Part shown: one piece after another, positions 35,101 to 49,951 of the stretch
Position numbering within the stretch: position 1 is the first letter of the stretch
Layout of the letters: each line of letters starts with the position of its first letter
Assembly (NCBI GenBank): GCA_002104905.1
Contig: MCFE01000394.1
Span: 1 to 64,000 of the forward strand
DNA from: Basidiobolus meristosporus CBS 931.73
Lineage: Eukaryota > Fungi > Basidiobolomycota
Direction of reading: 5' to 3'
DNA length: 64,000 nt
Notes under the pieces: generated by a model
What the model saw: only the letters and a program-made list of their open reading frames with translations
Told to the model about the DNA's origin: nothing
Databases searched by the model: none
Position numbers and translations under genes: made by a program

Positions 35101-37070
35101 AGTTGCTTTTTGTGACTGACCCTACCTTGCATTACTTAACTAATTACCCATGTGTTGGGACTGCTTAGCTTCTTAGTCCTATAGGTATAAGAATCTCCTT
35201 GAACACATTTGTACTGATTAGTTTATAACTGCTACTAGCTGTTCTCTGTTAGCCAACTCATCACATCCATGATGGACTTGAAGGATATATTCTTAATGAG
35301 TATAGGATAAGGTAGTATTGTACCTTGTCTTGCCCTCCTATTGACATATGTTCTCTTCATAGGAAACTCCCATAGGGTGATGCAAGATGCATTATTCACC
35401 ACAAACCATGCAAGATGGAGTAAAGAATAACAGTAGTGCCCAAGATCTACACACTTAGGTTCATGCTTTTTTATATTCTTGCTGCTGCCTAATATCTGCC
35501 TGATAGGAGATTAGTATCAGCCAGCTGGGTGAAGCAGCAGAAGTACTTGGCTTGATGGGGTATTTCATCATTGATGAGCATATGAACTTACTGACTAAGC
35601 CTAATTACCAATTTATTTTTATTGATGCCACTGTGCTTTTTTCCTGGTGTAAAAAATCTTGTCTCCTATATTAGTGACTTGTGTGTGCAAGGACTTAGCT
35701 CCTGATGGGTTTGGATCATCTGGTGGCTCCAGATGAGAAACAAGTCCAGTGTTGTAATGCAAATAATATCAGCAGATCATGTAAGGATGGTAACTTGTAA
35801 ACATTAGTGCTTGAAATTTGCATTAGAGAGCAAGCATATAATCACCTAGGTTACAGAGCTGTCATTTAGAAGTGTTATATTTTGAATGATTGAGATATAT
35901 GTTAATGGGAGTACTAGAACATGTTGAAGCTGAGTGTGATAGTCAGCATTGTTTCTACTTGCAGGAAAGCATAAATCCTTGCAAATCTGAGTTGCCCAAC
36001 ACAGTGATGAATTGGACATGACAGCTCTAAATTGTTATTAATTATTATGTTCAAGGCACTTCTGACTATAGTCACTTAGGTTAACAGCCATCTAGGACTT
36101 CTACCAAAGGAATATAGCTCATATGACCCTTTTTGTGAAAGTAGCTGCTCCCTTTATTGGCAGTGAATTTCAGTCCCAAGGTTAAGCATGGCAGCTGAAG
36201 CAAGGCAGTACAATGGGGAGTACAGAGGAGCTGTGTCTGCAAAAACTGCTCCCCATCCTAAGTGTTTTTCAAAAGGTACAATCCCAATTTTATTACTATT
36301 ACCAATGATAAGATTCATAGTCAAAAATTAACTCAAATTTCATCAAAGCTTAATTGCAACATATTTTTCACTGATGTGAAACATATGCAGAAAGTGTAGG
36401 TTGTTAGCCCTGGTGTACCATGAAGCCAACTTGCCTTGTTCTGCCTTAGAAACAAAGCACTCTGTCTAGTCAGAATACTAAGAGTCTATATACCCTCAAT
36501 GATTACATACCTATCAGTTGGCATGTGGTAGTTGGACTGAGCATACTTGGTACATTTCCTGAGCAGCACACTGCCAAGCTATTCTCCACCATCATCAGCT
36601 GTAATGAATGCTCACCAAGTCATATCTCATTTTTCAATTTCTAAGCTGTGCTATTACCTCATCAATGCAAAGAGCTTTCAACAATCACATTTATAAGTGC
36701 AGTAGAGCTCACTGCAACTTTGTATTCATTTGATTAAGGTACAGGAGTACCTCTACTACACCTGCAGTTGTTTTGGGTTGTATTATTAATAAGTGCACAC
36801 TCTCCTTGAGCATAAAGCTTAGTGCAGAATATGTGACTACCACAATTGCTGGCTCCAATCTGCATATTCAGGAACATCTAAAGCTGCAGCAAAGAGTGTT
36901 TTTTTATCAAACATGTATGAGATATTGCTTCATCACTAGTACTGAGTCCATGTCTCATTGACTTCCCAGCATGAATTTATTCAAATACCCAGTTCCTTCA
37001 CTATTTTGGTATCTAAGTTGTGCCCTTACACTTGCAATACCCCTTCAATTCTCCACAATACTCAAGATAA

Positions 37071-37453
37071 TATTGCAACTTGAGAAGTGATTTGAATACA
37101 AGGAACTTATCAAGAAATTGTGATCATGGTTGAATTACTGTTTATTCATAAGGAGGCTCAGTATTTATACCTTTGTTGTTGTAATACAATTGCAATACCA
37201 AGTAAGGAGGGCTTTGCAAAATTCAGGAGTATTCTGTGACAGTTATAGGAGTAGTATATAATGCTTTGTTAAAGTGCTAACTCATCTTAAGTGTTTTGAT
37301 CTTGACTATAGAGGAATAATAATAGAATTATAGATCTGAAGAAAGTGGTAAAGTTAGGGCTGTAAGTCAGTCCTAGAATGAACAAGACTAGTCCAAAATT
37401 TTCAAGTGAGTTCTTTGCTGCTGAACAATACTAAATAGCTCAATATTTCTACA
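37071..37453 (-). mobile_element. Older solo LTR of the copia family
   Basis: Similar to 40232-40600; terminal TG mutated to TA; no matching target duplication. Confidence 0.85.
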
Positions 37454-40231
37454 GAGACATCCTGCACTGCCAAGTGACCACAGCTGTGAGTTTCTTTTGA
37501 AAAATTGTAATAGAAATCCCACTTTCAAATGTTCAGGGAGCTGTAGATACAGTTTATAGTTGCTATTCTTTTGAGGTGCTATTGCATCATAAAGTATCAT
37601 AATCTGGCAACTAGTCCAAATGTATTCCATAGTAGCACTGTATTCAGCTAAAAACCTACATTACATTCCCTCTTGGTGATGCACAACACTGCCTATCTTT
37701 GCTATAGCCTTATATATGTGTAGTACCATACCATCTTAATTTTTTGTGTATCCTACAGTACAGTTCCATAGTATACAGCAGCTGAGCAATGAGTGTTGAG
37801 CCAAGAGAAGACTTATGTGCTCATAGTAGCTTGGTAATTTGCACAAGTTTACACTCTACAATGCACTTTCAGTGCTTTGATATTTCTGTAATATTTAGTT
37901 ACTGTTAATTAGGATCACCCACAAATTTTCTGCCCTTTCAACAATAGATGTCACAAAACAACTCATTGACTTAACTATGTAGTTGTGGGACCTAGTACAT
38001 GAGAGTGCTCAGCAGCCATTGGCTAAGAGGCATCACATGTCATGAGCACTTGGTACATCAGTAAGCCTTTTGTGTCATCAACATCTCACCTAGACATTAG
38101 ATCTGAAGAGAATAGGTAACTCAGGCACAAACCAGCAGACATTACAGTAAAAAGGATGGCTTTTGTTTACTAATACAGCTCAGTCACATATGCATCATCT
38201 CCTAGCTATTTTCTGCAGCTCTGTAATGCTAATACAAGGCAGTACAATGACATTGTATCAGAGCTTGAACAAATCCAAAATTCTAGTGCTCTAAGCCAAG
38301 ATGTGCTCTTTCTACTAAGTATTTGGCAGCTTGGTGTGGTTGCATTAGATACTGGCGTTAAGAAAATGGCAATACTTATGATGTCAAACATCTTTTGGGA
38401 ATATTTCTCCTGCATTCTTGCAACAATGACAATAGCAGTGCATGAGTAGCAGCTTGGTCTGTATGCTCCAATTTCTTTATCTTGTCAGCCTAATTATTGT
38501 GGGAAGCCTTCACTCAGTGTCCTTGCCTCATAAAGCAGCTATAGCAGTAAAAGTTCCTCTAGTTTTGTTGCTTTTCTTATTTTCTAAATGCTGCTTGGAC
38601 ACGGGTAACATACTGGTTTTAATTTCCCCACTTGTCTACCTTGTTTAAGTCACTGTAATGTAACCTTTTTTGACAAAGTGCAAAGGCATGTTGTATTCTC
38701 TTCCCTCCAAAGAATGCAGGAGATACTTATGATAGCTATGTTAGCTGCAAGCAAACATAATATGTATACAGTATTCAGAAGGTCTCTATCAAAGAGTTGC
38801 TTGAAATTGGCTCTGATATTATGTCCTTCTCTGAGTCTTCCAAACCTTGTGGGCTAAACTGGAAGCAAATATTTCTTCAGCAATGAAACCTTACACACCA
38901 ATACATGCAGCACAAATGGCCCCTGTGGTATAACTTCAAAGCTATACGTATGTGCAAAAGACTTTCAAAATGACAATATTACCTATGCTGGAGTTTAGTA
39001 ATATAATTCCTTGAAAGTATACAAAGCTGAGATGTAACTACTGGATTTGAGGAAATGTAAAATGCTAATGTGGTTAAATAATACATAATGTGTAACAATA
39101 TGCAGATAATATAAGCTTACTAACTTACATATCCAACTATAGACAGTGTATTGGAGTGTACCTGTGATAAAATGCAATTGCAATCTACAAACTCAACAAT
39201 TGGAAGTAAATGTACACATACTTATCATGTCACAAAGGTAATTTGTAGTGACTGTATTAGTGAGTAGATATAAATACAAACAGCACGAGACAAGCAAAAT
39301 CAGCAACCAGAACGGCATTTTGATTTTGTCAGCAGTTTATCCATCCAAGTTGCAAAAGCCATGTTGGAGAATTTCTAAAGGCATAATGATGCTGACATCA
39401 TGCAAAATTGGTTACAAAATGCCAATCTTTGTGTCTTGAAGCATTGCATAAAGTTGGTATATAAGTACCTAACCAGAGAATCTACAGTATAGAAGTGCAA
39501 TGGCACTGTATAAGGTTGGCAACAATACGCAAAGTAGCTTGGTGTTCATCTGTCTGTAGGCTTGAAACAGTTGTAGCTGTGTTGGGTATGCTAAGTAATA
39601 TAAAAAATTTATTACAACAGCTTCATAGTCCCTATTGAAGTAGGTTAAGGATATGTGCATAGTATTCAATCAATATTCCCATCTAATACTGACATCAAGA
39701 GATTATTCCTAGAAGCAATGATCTGATTGATGTGACACTGATGAGGCAATCAGTGTGCCTTTCAGTAGCCAAAACTACTCCTGAGTCTTTAAGTAAGCTC
39801 AGATCCTAGTATTACCAAATAGCTCAACATTTCAACTCTTCTACTTTACTCAATTACACATTGATCATATCTTCTTTCAGAGATTTGATGCTCTGGCTAA
39901 GTCAACAGTTTTGCTAATGAATCTGCATATGATTTGTCAGTTTAGCAATGAGCCAAATCTATCACATTATTATCCACCACTTTACTTACAATGTTCATAA
40001 TAATTTCAGGTTCTAACTTCTGACATACCTCACAAAATTTTTGGCCGATGAGATAGGGCCCTGCATGTCCTAATGGTGCAATCTAGTTTCTCTGAATTGA
40101 ACATCTCAATGTTTGGAGCTACTTGATATATCAAATGTGTACCTATAGGCTACAGTGGAGTACCTCCTCAAATGGTTTGTAACAGCATGTGAGTAAATAT
40201 ATCATGCTCTGCTGCTGCAAATTAATCTTAC

Positions 40232-43200
40232 TGTTGCAACTTAGGAAGTGATTTGGATATAAGGAACTTATCAAGATATACTGATAATAGTTGAGTTGTT
40301 GTTTATTAATAAGGAAGCTCAGTATTTATACCTTTGTAGAAGAAATATAGCTGTAACACTAAGTAAGGAGGGTTTCTCAGTATTTCAGGAGCATTCTGTG
40401 ACAGTTTCAGGGTTGATACATAATGTTTAGTAATAGTGCTAATTTGATCACAACTATAGGGGAATAATCAAAAGATCATAGATCTGAAAAAAGTGGCAAA
40501 GTTAGAGCTGTAAATTAGTCCCATAGTGACCAAGACTAGTCCAGAATTGTTAAGTAAATTTTTGCCGCTAAATGATACCAAATAGTCCAGTATTTCAACA
40601 CTCTCCCTCAACTGAAAAATTTCTCAATCCTAATTCCTCCCTGAGATTCTCATGTTGTGGCCTAGCAAGTGGTTCTGTCAATATATCTGCCACCATTTTG
40701 TTAGTTGGGCAGTACACTAACTCTACCAAGCTATTTTCTACAGCTTCCCTCACAGAGTGATGCTGTACATCAATGAGCTTAGTCCTGGCATGATTAGTAG
40801 GATTTCTAGCTAATGAGGTACAACTTTGATTATCCTTGTAAATACATGTAGGTGGATTTGAATAAAAACCTAAGTCATTGCGTAATTTTTGTAGCCATAC
40901 AGCCTCCTTAGTTGCTTGGCATGCAGCCATATATTCTGCTTCAGTTGTAGATAGGGCCAAAGTTGCTTGTTTCTTACAATTCCAAGTAATAGCTGCAGCA
41001 GCATAAAGAAATACATATCCTTTGGTAGAACATATGTTAATCAGATCCCTACCCCAATCTGAATCACTATAACCATTAAACGTTTGCTTATTAGCTGATC
41101 CAGAGTATTCCAGTACCATATTTATGGTACTTTGTAGATGTCTGACAATCAGCGTAACTGCTGCAATTTGATCTGATCCATAATTCTGCATGAATTGACT
41201 GACTATTCCAACTGCCACTGCAATGTCTGGATGTGTAGACACCATCAAGTACATTAGGCTACCAACTATTGATTGATAGGGAGTGTTTTGCTCAATATTT
41301 GAGCTGATTTTGTCTATAACTGGCTTAGATATGCTTGATTTCAGGTTATTGTCCAAAGGAGAAGCTGCAGGTTTGCAATTTTCCTTTTTGAAGCATCTAA
41401 GAATGTCCCTGGTGTACTTGGACTGATTCAGCTAAATTTTCTGCGTAGGATGAACACACCCTTTTTAAGCTGTTTCACATATATACTTTAATCTGCAGTG
41501 CTACATGAGAACTCAATTTCCTCTAGATATGTGTCAATCTTCTTATACCATGCACTAGGTGCCTGCTTAAGCCCATACAACAGTTTTCCAAGTTTGCACA
41601 CCTTTTGAGGGTCTTTAGGATTGGTAAAACCTTCTGGTTGCTCCATATATATAAAGTTTCTTGCAAATTCCCATTTAGAAAGGCTGTTTTGACATCCATT
41701 TGGTGTAGATATAGACTGTGTACAGCTGCCAGGGCTAGAACTTTCCTAATGGACTCAAACCTGGCAACCAGAGCGGATGTTTCCTTAAATTCTAGTCCCT
41801 GGATCTGGGAATAGCATTTACCCACTAATCTTGCCTTATACTTGTCAATGGCACCATTTGGGGTTATCTTGATCTTTAGACCCATCTACATCCTATTGGC
41901 TTTCTCCCATTTGGAAAATCAACCAGTTCCCATGTTTTTGCCATGATCAGTGATTGGTACTCCTTGTACATAGCTAGTTGCACATTGTAGCATCTGGACT
42001 TTGTATTGCCTGTTCCAGATTCTGAGGTTGGGCAAATCAGGCAAGATAAGCTTCTTCATGATCATTAGATGTCTGCCACCAGGATCCATGAGCACTTCTT
42101 ATTCTGGTAGATCTCCTGACTGGGATAATCTGCTCTGATCTGGAACTGGTAGATTTATCAAATATTTGTCTTGGCTCCAAAGGACAGTGTTTTTGTGGGG
42201 CCACATATGTTAGAGTGTACAATAGCCAATATTTGAGTGGTATTGACGCCTTCTGAGCTCTTGAAATGTTGCCTAGCTAATATGCCATATGAACATCCCT
42301 TACAAGCATTCAATTTGATTGGAATTGAGTATTCTAGGCCCAAGACAAGCTGATTTTTCACCAATTGGCTCATTTTCTGTTCCCCAATGTGTCCTTGTCT
42401 GCTATACCATGTTTCCCAGTTAGTTTCATCAGCTTTGGCAATGTTGACATACTAAGGTACAATGCTCTTGCATTGTGACTTGTATTTATTGTGACTTTTG
42501 ATTCCCAAACCTAATTTTGTCCATTTTCACTCAATATTGAGCAGCTCATCTTAGTAAAAACAAATTTCAGTCCCTGAGCAGTTGCTGCACTGATTGATTG
42601 TGGGTTCTTAGCAATAGCAGGTAAATAGAGTACATCAGTCAATGCAGCCATTGTTGCCCCTGAGCTATTGCTCATATTTAGTTACATAGACCCCCCTGCA
42701 GTAGCTTCCAGAGCAGAGTTATCTCCCAGATAAACCTTTCTTACAGGAAAAGTTTTTAAGTTGCTGATCCACTCCTTTATTCCAGAAGTATGCTGTGATG
42801 CTCCAGAGACAATATACCATTCATTACTTCAGTTACTTGAACTCTCTTATACGGTTACAAATAACTGTTCATCAGTAATTATATGGTTTGCCTGCTCTAG
42901 TTTCTGTTTTTTGTCTGCTTCTTTCATCTAGCATTCTCTTGCCCAGTGTCCTGGCTTTATACAGTAGTTACAGTAAACAGGTTTTCTTTGGTTTTGTTGC
43001 TTCTCCTTCTTTTCTGAGTGCATTTCTGAGCTGAATAAAGCATTATCTTCAATTTTCTCTGCTTGATCATTATATCTGAGTTCTTCATGGAGAAGTCTTC
43101 CTTTGACAAAGTCTAAAGTCATATTGTTTTCTTTGCTCTCAAAAGAAAGTAAGAGTGACTCATACTTGTCTGGTAGGCTGCAATGCAGACAGAGTATCTT

Positions 43201-43827
43201 TTCTTCATCATCTATACCAGCATTAACGCTGTAGAGTTCTTCTGCAAGTGTCTCCATTCTGGTAATGAGTTGTAGCATGTCACCATCTGGCTTTGTCCTC
43301 AAGTTGGAGAACTTTTGTTTTAAGTAAAGCTTGCTTGATACTTACTTTACTCTAAAGATCTTCTGAGAGGATTCTCATGCTGCTTTGGAAGTATTTGAGG
43401 CATTGATTTGCTGGTCAAAGTCATCTTTAGATTAGATGAAGGCAACAAGGGCTCATAACCTGTTGCAATTTAAGGAGTGATTTGGATACAAGGAACCTAA
43501 CAAGAGATAGTGATAGTAGTTGAATTCTTGTTTATTAATAAGGAAGCTCAGTATTTATACCTTTGTAGAAGAAATATAGCTATAACACTAAGTAACAATG
43601 GTTTCTCAGTATTCAGGAGCATTCTGTAACAGTTTCAGGGTTTATACATAATGTTAAGTAATGGTGCTAATTTGATCATGACTATAGGAGAGTAATCAAA
43701 GCATCATAGATCTGAAAAAGTGGCAAAGTTAGAGCTGTAAATAAGTCACACAGTGACCAAGACTATCCATAACTGTTAAGTAAACTTTTAGCCGCTGAAT
43801 GATGCCAAATAGTCCAATATTTCAACA
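40232..43827 (-). mobile_element. Ty1/copia LTR retrotransposon, internally deleted and inactivated
   Basis: LTRs at 40232-40600 and 43461-43827. PBS GGTTATGAGCCC (43449-43460); PPT TTGAGGGAGAG (40601-40611). Gag (SLPDKYE, CNYCIKPGHWAREC), RT ([19 protein letters not shown]) and RNase H (GYSDSDWG, ALSTTEAEY, KDNQS, KMVADILT). Flanks CTTAC and CTTGT match only partly. Confidence 0.95.
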
Positions 43828-43829
43828 CT

Positions 43830-46500
43830 TGTTCAACTCTGCATAAGTTGACAGGCTTTTCTAACTGCTGCTAGAGCACTTCAAAATAAAAGTATCACAA
43901 GTTCTTTGAGGCTACCATATATCAATTAAAAGCCAGTGATCATGTCCAGAGCTCATGCAAATTGACTACTTCTTGGCAAAGGTTTACATATTCCAAGGAT
44001 ATTTTCAATGGTATTTGCACATGTTTGCAGATTGCATTATTGAGATGCTTAAGATTGTGGTCAATATTGTGGTTCTAATTTGGCACAGCTTTCTGTCCAC
44101 ATTCTTCAAGTTTGACTTCAATATCAACAACAAAGCTCAAATTGCAATATTATTCTGATTCACCAAGGATACCTTGCAAAGACTGTCAAAAAGAATTGCT
44201 GCTCAGATTTCAAAATGTTGATGCTATAAATCCTCATCACATCAATAAATTGGTACCCTTTGAATGTTCTCCGCCAATTTTTGCACTCAATAATGCAAGA
44301 CCTTGATTCAACTCCTGCATTTGTGTACATTGATTGACTGTTGACTCTTTTACATACTGCTTACTTCCTGACTTGACTCAATATTCTTCTTAGATGAATA
44401 TACTGTGGATTTATTTCCATTTAGACTTTGTTAGTACCTCTATTGTCAGTTGTGGTGACCTATAGAAGTTCCTATACCCAGCACCAAAGTCTATCCCAAC
44501 ACCACACTCAACAAATATCTATGTTAAAATCCACCATTCAATAGTAATTTCTGCTGTGACACCATCTTTTCATAACTCTTTTGGGAGCCTTGCAGCTTTA
44601 TGTAACTGTTCATTCACTGGCTGCAATACATCCTGGTGTTCAGCCAGCACTGCAGGTCAAGTACCTTGTCTGCCAGTTTTATCAATAAATGCTTGCAATA
44701 TTTAGATGCATTTTCTTGAGCCCTGCTCTTGAAGTAGTGCTCCAGCCTCTTTGTACTTAGGTTGCATATTCCATCACAACAATACACAATTAGTATTTGA
44801 TTGGTTTTCTGTCAACTTGCACATGTTATGCTCTCTGGCATCTGATCTGCTTCTACGCTTGTGCTCAGTTAGTGGCTATTGCCACTTTTTCACACTCCTT
44901 ACTTTCTGACTGAACCAATATTGTTACTTTTCATGCTTATAAATTGGTTGATTTGCATGGACACCCCAGTTTTGACTTAACTGTTAGTTGTGCTGATCTA
45001 TATGGATCCTTTTACCCAACACCAAAAATATGCACAGCCTCACACTCAGCATGTAGCTTCATTAAAATTATCTGCTGTTGTCTTGTTGGCATTTCTAATA
45101 GGCTCTTATGGGATTTGGTCTATTCTTGGCTAATGGTGTTGATTGGTGCAAACTGCAGCTTTTCCCTAGTGTTTCCTTGTCTCTGGTTTCATTATACTCT
45201 TCCCTTTCCCTTTACCTTTATCACTACCAGGTTGTTCACTGCTGCTATAAGTGCAGCTTATATTGACTATTGTTTTTCTTTGCTAAATGCTGCACTAGTG
45301 CATTTGCATTGGCCTGCTTGTCCCTTACTTTGACTCTTCCAGCTACCTAATATTTTTGTGTTGCTTGTTTGGAGCTTTTAGTACTGCTCTGGATTGACTC
45401 TTGAGGAAGCTGCTGGATTTAAGCATTGGTACACTTGTTTTACTGCCTCTAAGAGATTCTGCTATTCTTGAGATATATTTTCAGCATACCAATGCTGGTC
45501 AAAGTCTGTTTGCTTGCTCAATCCAGCTTTACAGTTATGGAGCAATTTATAGGGTTCTGATTAGCCTTGAGATCCTGATGGTCCATTATAATGCAGGCCT
45601 TAAAATAATAGCATGCTAGACTTTTACAGCTGCCTGAATATTAGCCCACTCTACATCATTGCACTCAATGGGCTCAGGCATATTGTATGTCTTTATATAT
45701 CAGGCTGTGGAGGATAGACCTTAGTCTCTCCCTCCCATGCTGTAAGATGCTTTTCTGTGGGCTTTATCCTTGGGTACTGTGGTTGCGCTTTAAAGACTCT
45801 GTGGTGTTTCTCTGCAGCTACATATGAAAGTAACTCCATTCTGACCAATGACATTGAGTTATTAGAGCTTCTTCTTAACAGCATAGATACTGCATTCTCT
45901 ACCTGGCATAGTGAATGCATCACATGTATTGTTGCCTCATCCTGTCTCTGAACTACCTGCTGATTTCCCTGGGCCTTTGCATCTATCATATTAGCCACTG
46001 CACCTAAACCCCAGACTATTGCTTTGATATGAGCAGGCAGCATACTTACAAATGCATGTGGTAGCAATGTTATGATGGGAATATCATGGTTGTCTGGCAA
46101 GGGCTCTGCATTTGCTACATGCAACCACTTGACTTTTAAGGTCAGCTTGCAGCTATGCAGAGATTCTCTACACCTGGCCTAACAGAGAGCCTAAAATCTT
46201 TACATAATTGCCTTTAGTAAGCACACTGTTCAAATAGTCCTTATTGAATGTATCTGCACCTTGTGTACTAAGTGCCAAAGCAAGTTGTTGTGCAAACTTT
46301 CTCTGCTCTAGTTTGAATTGGGGCTTGGGGGGAAAGCAGGCAGCATTGCTTCATTTTTTGATGACATTCATATGGAAGTGAGTGTGACCAAAGGATAAAT
46401 AGAGCAACATGTACATGTGGATATGATGCCAGAGCTGTATTTATGATATGGTGAGACAATACCAGTAGCAGAAATACCAACAATACCTTATAAAACAAAG
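43830..46500 (-). mobile_element. LINE-like element: 5' region, ORF1 and endonuclease remnants
   Basis: Collinear with 19.8-21.3 kb and 55.6-57.2 kb; ORF1 remnant at 45693-46124. Confidence 0.6.
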
Positions 46501-49500
46501 GAGTCATCAGCCACAACCTATATTAGGAAGTACAATCAGTGAGCAATTGATCTGACAAAATGTATATAAGGAGCTGCTGGAACCTCAATAAAATTAGTTC
46601 ACGTTTTAGTGAATACAATACTGGCTAAACTCCCTATTCCTCTATAACTCTTTTACCAGGACTTGTAACATTGGTAGCAACAATAACCAGAAACCTCCCT
46701 CTTTGAGAAAGAAGCAGCCTCCCTCAAAATGCAGAAAATCTGGAATGGAAAAATGCAACACAGCAAATCTTAGTCCAACAGCTACAGTTACTGCTGATTC
46801 TTTGTTGGTGGCAACAAGGAATGACTATTATGGCCCAGAACCAGCAAAGCCTTGTCAAGAGCAACTTCTGTGTCAAAATCAGCCAGCACCATAGAAAGGT
46901 CAATCAAAACCTGGGAACTTGGCACTTTCAAATTGAAGAAGCATTTAAGGCTATATCGGTTGCCTCAGAAAGCACATTAGATGATGCAGCCTCTTACCTG
47001 GTAGATGCAGCTTTGCTATCGTACCACAACAGGATCAGGTCAGCCACTTTGATGGGATGCTCTACTAACTCTACCTGGGATGAGTTTGTGTAGAAATTCA
47101 AGATCCTTTGAACTTCCCCCACCAGCAGACAGTGCTAAGAGGGAAGCTGAAGACATGCAGATGGAAAGGATTTGTTGAAGAATGCACATAAGAGTATAGA
47201 TGTCTACTTCAGCAAATTGAAACCATGGGCCCCTTGGATCAAGTGGAAAACTTTATTGATGGGTTGAAAGAAAGAACTTGCAAGGAAGTGAATTACTGAA
47301 GACTTTACACTATTGAAGAAGCCATCAAGATTACCATTGACTATGACTCAGCTATGTATGAAGTTGGAAAGCCTAGAATGACTAATCAGAGGGGCTACAA
47401 TTGCTATGAAAGAAGTCAGTCAGAGGCAGTGCCAATGAAAATAGACTCTATGCAAAAGAATCCCCCCTCAAAAGAATGCTTGAAGAAAGGACTTTGTTTT
47501 AATTGCCACTGGTAAAGGTATATCTCAAGGTTCTGCCCTCAGAAAAGTAGTGGACACAACTTAACAAGAACCTTCAGCCACAATGTAGGCCTTGAGCATA
47601 GTAACATGGAGGACAAACTTGAAGAAGACCTGGAACTCACTTTCATATAATAAAATAATACTTATCCCAAATGACTCCAAGTTCAGCAAAGCTTTTATAC
47701 TTAAATGGAGTTATCATTGTAGCATCCACCATGATTATGATTGACTATGAGCATCACATGAGTACATATCAGAGCAATTTGCCTTGAAAACTGGAATTGA
47801 CTAAGAGCCCACAAAAGCAACTTCAGTCTTAACAGCCAATGGGAACTCTCACATAATCAACTCTATTGCTCAGCCAGTAATAGTTAAGATTGAAGACTAT
47901 GAAGAAGACCTACAGGCTTATATATCTGGGAACTGCAAGTTTGACCTTGTACCTGGGAAAGCAATGCTATTCCATTTAATCCATCAACAAACTGAAGAAC
48001 CCATGCCACCCAGATACAAAAAGACAACAATACTCATTGGCTCTAACCTGCCAGTCTGGATTTCAACTTGGCCAGTTCCAGTGTGTGTGAAACAATTAAA
48101 ACTAGCAAGACCTAGTCCTGTAAAGTAATTGGAAAACTTACCCAGGCGTTTCTCATGGCTGTGTTAGAGGAGGAATCTTTTACTCCAGCATCTTGATAGG
48201 TCCAGACTGTCTTGAAGGAATATTCAGACATCTTTCCCAATGAACTTGAAAGCCTACAACCAGTCAGAGATAGGGACTATGCTATTGATACAGGAGATAG
48301 CCCTTCAGTGAGCAAGACATCATACCGAATGAGTCCATTGGAATTGAACAAGATGAAGAGACATATAGTTCAGTTGTTGGAGCAAGGATATATCAGACCT
48401 AGCAAGTCACCTTAGGGAGCACTATTGCTTTTTGTGAAAAAGAAGGATGGAACACCTAGGATGTGCATTGACTACTGAGAGCTCTGTTTCAATTACTGTC
48501 AGGAAAAAGTACCCTATACCCTGGAATGATGAGCTATTGGACCAACTTAATGGAGCCATCAAGATATAACCAGATTGGGGTGAAACTAGAAGATATCCCT
48601 AAGACAGCATTCAGTACCAGATATGGATGTTACATGTAATTGGTCAGGAGCTTTAACCCCACCAATGCCCCTGCAATATTCATGACCTTGAGGCAAGCAG
48701 TCTTTCAGGAGCTCTTAAAGTTGATGGTAGTCTACCTAGATGATTTATTGATCTATAGCAAGACAGAAGGGCACTTGGTGCACATTAAAGTGATCTTGAG
48801 GAAGCTAAGAGAGAACAAGCTGTATGGCAAGCTAGTAAAGTGCAAATTCTTGAAGGAGCATGTTGAATACCTGGAAAACATAGTGACTAGCACAAGAGTG
48901 ACTTTAAGGCCAAGAAGGTTGAGGTCATCAAGAGTCCAAAGCAGCCCCATAGCATTTCAGAACTCTGATCATTCCTAGGAATGATTTCATATAATTAGAC
49001 ATTTGTCAAGTCCTTTGCAAGTATTACAGCCCCTTTAACTGATGTTCTCAAGAAAGACAACACCATGAAGTAGGACATAGCCTGTGAGACTGCCTTTCAG
49101 ATGCTCAAGAATGAACTTGCTAACCTGCCAAGCTTCAGAACTACAGGCTTCAGAAAAGGGCTTAATCTGTTTACAGATGCTTCAGACTATGCAATTGGTA
49201 GAGTACTGAGTAAAGAACATGAGGGAAAGGACTACCCAGTTGCTTCTGAGTCCAAGAAGCTGAATTCAGTAGAACAAAGCTATCAGTGCATGAGAAGGAG
49301 ATACTTGCTTTCAATATACTGCTTGAAGATCTGGAGATGCTGCATTGAAGGAGTTAAGTGCAATGTAAAGACTGATCATACCAAACTTAGGTATATATAA
49401 GCTTGGAAGGTACTATCCAAAAGAATGACAAGATGGACAGAATATACTCAGCAATTTGATATGGATATTTTCTACTGCACTGGTAAAAACAACATGGTTG

Positions 49501-49600
49501 CTGATGTCTTACCAATACAAGAACAAGTTGACAACTCAACTGGGTGCATGAATCAGATTGGCCTAGAGTATTAACAAAGTAATTGGAGAGCCAAGCTGTT
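46500..49600 (+). mobile_element. Ty3/gypsy LTR retrotransposon copy 1, degenerate and 3'-truncated
   Basis: Partial LTR ending TGTAACA at 46670; PBS TGGTAGCA; gag (WHFQIEEAF, YLVDAAL); RT (NAPAIF, VYLDDLLIYS); RNase H (LFTDASDYAIG, TDH). Confidence 0.93.
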
Positions 49601-49951
49601 GTATCCAAGAGAAAAGTTCAAAATGACCCTTGAGTAGTTTAACTGAGCCTTAGTGACAACTATGTGCAGAATCTTAGAATTGTTAGAGAGTGGTGAAAAT
49701 ATTAGCAGAGGGGTTCTAGTCTAGAATTGGTCTTGTATATAGCTGCATTTGGCTATAAGGCAGCAGGGTTTGTTTGCTGTGCAGGCTAGGCTTAGTGTTC
49801 TTGGGAGTGCCAGATATGCTAGGCTTGGGTAGAAACTAGAATAGAGTTGTGAGTTCTCCATCTTACTGAGACATAACCCTAATTTTGTTGAGACACACAC
49901 TAAACCAAAAGACTCAGTAAGCTTTATTTATACTTTTTGATCAAGTTGAAT

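Noticed and set aside
35100-40200. Possible host genes among the short ORFs in 35-40 kb
   Set aside because: CpG-depleted, stop-rich sequence with no recognisable domains or splice-consistent model; most likely old transposon debris.
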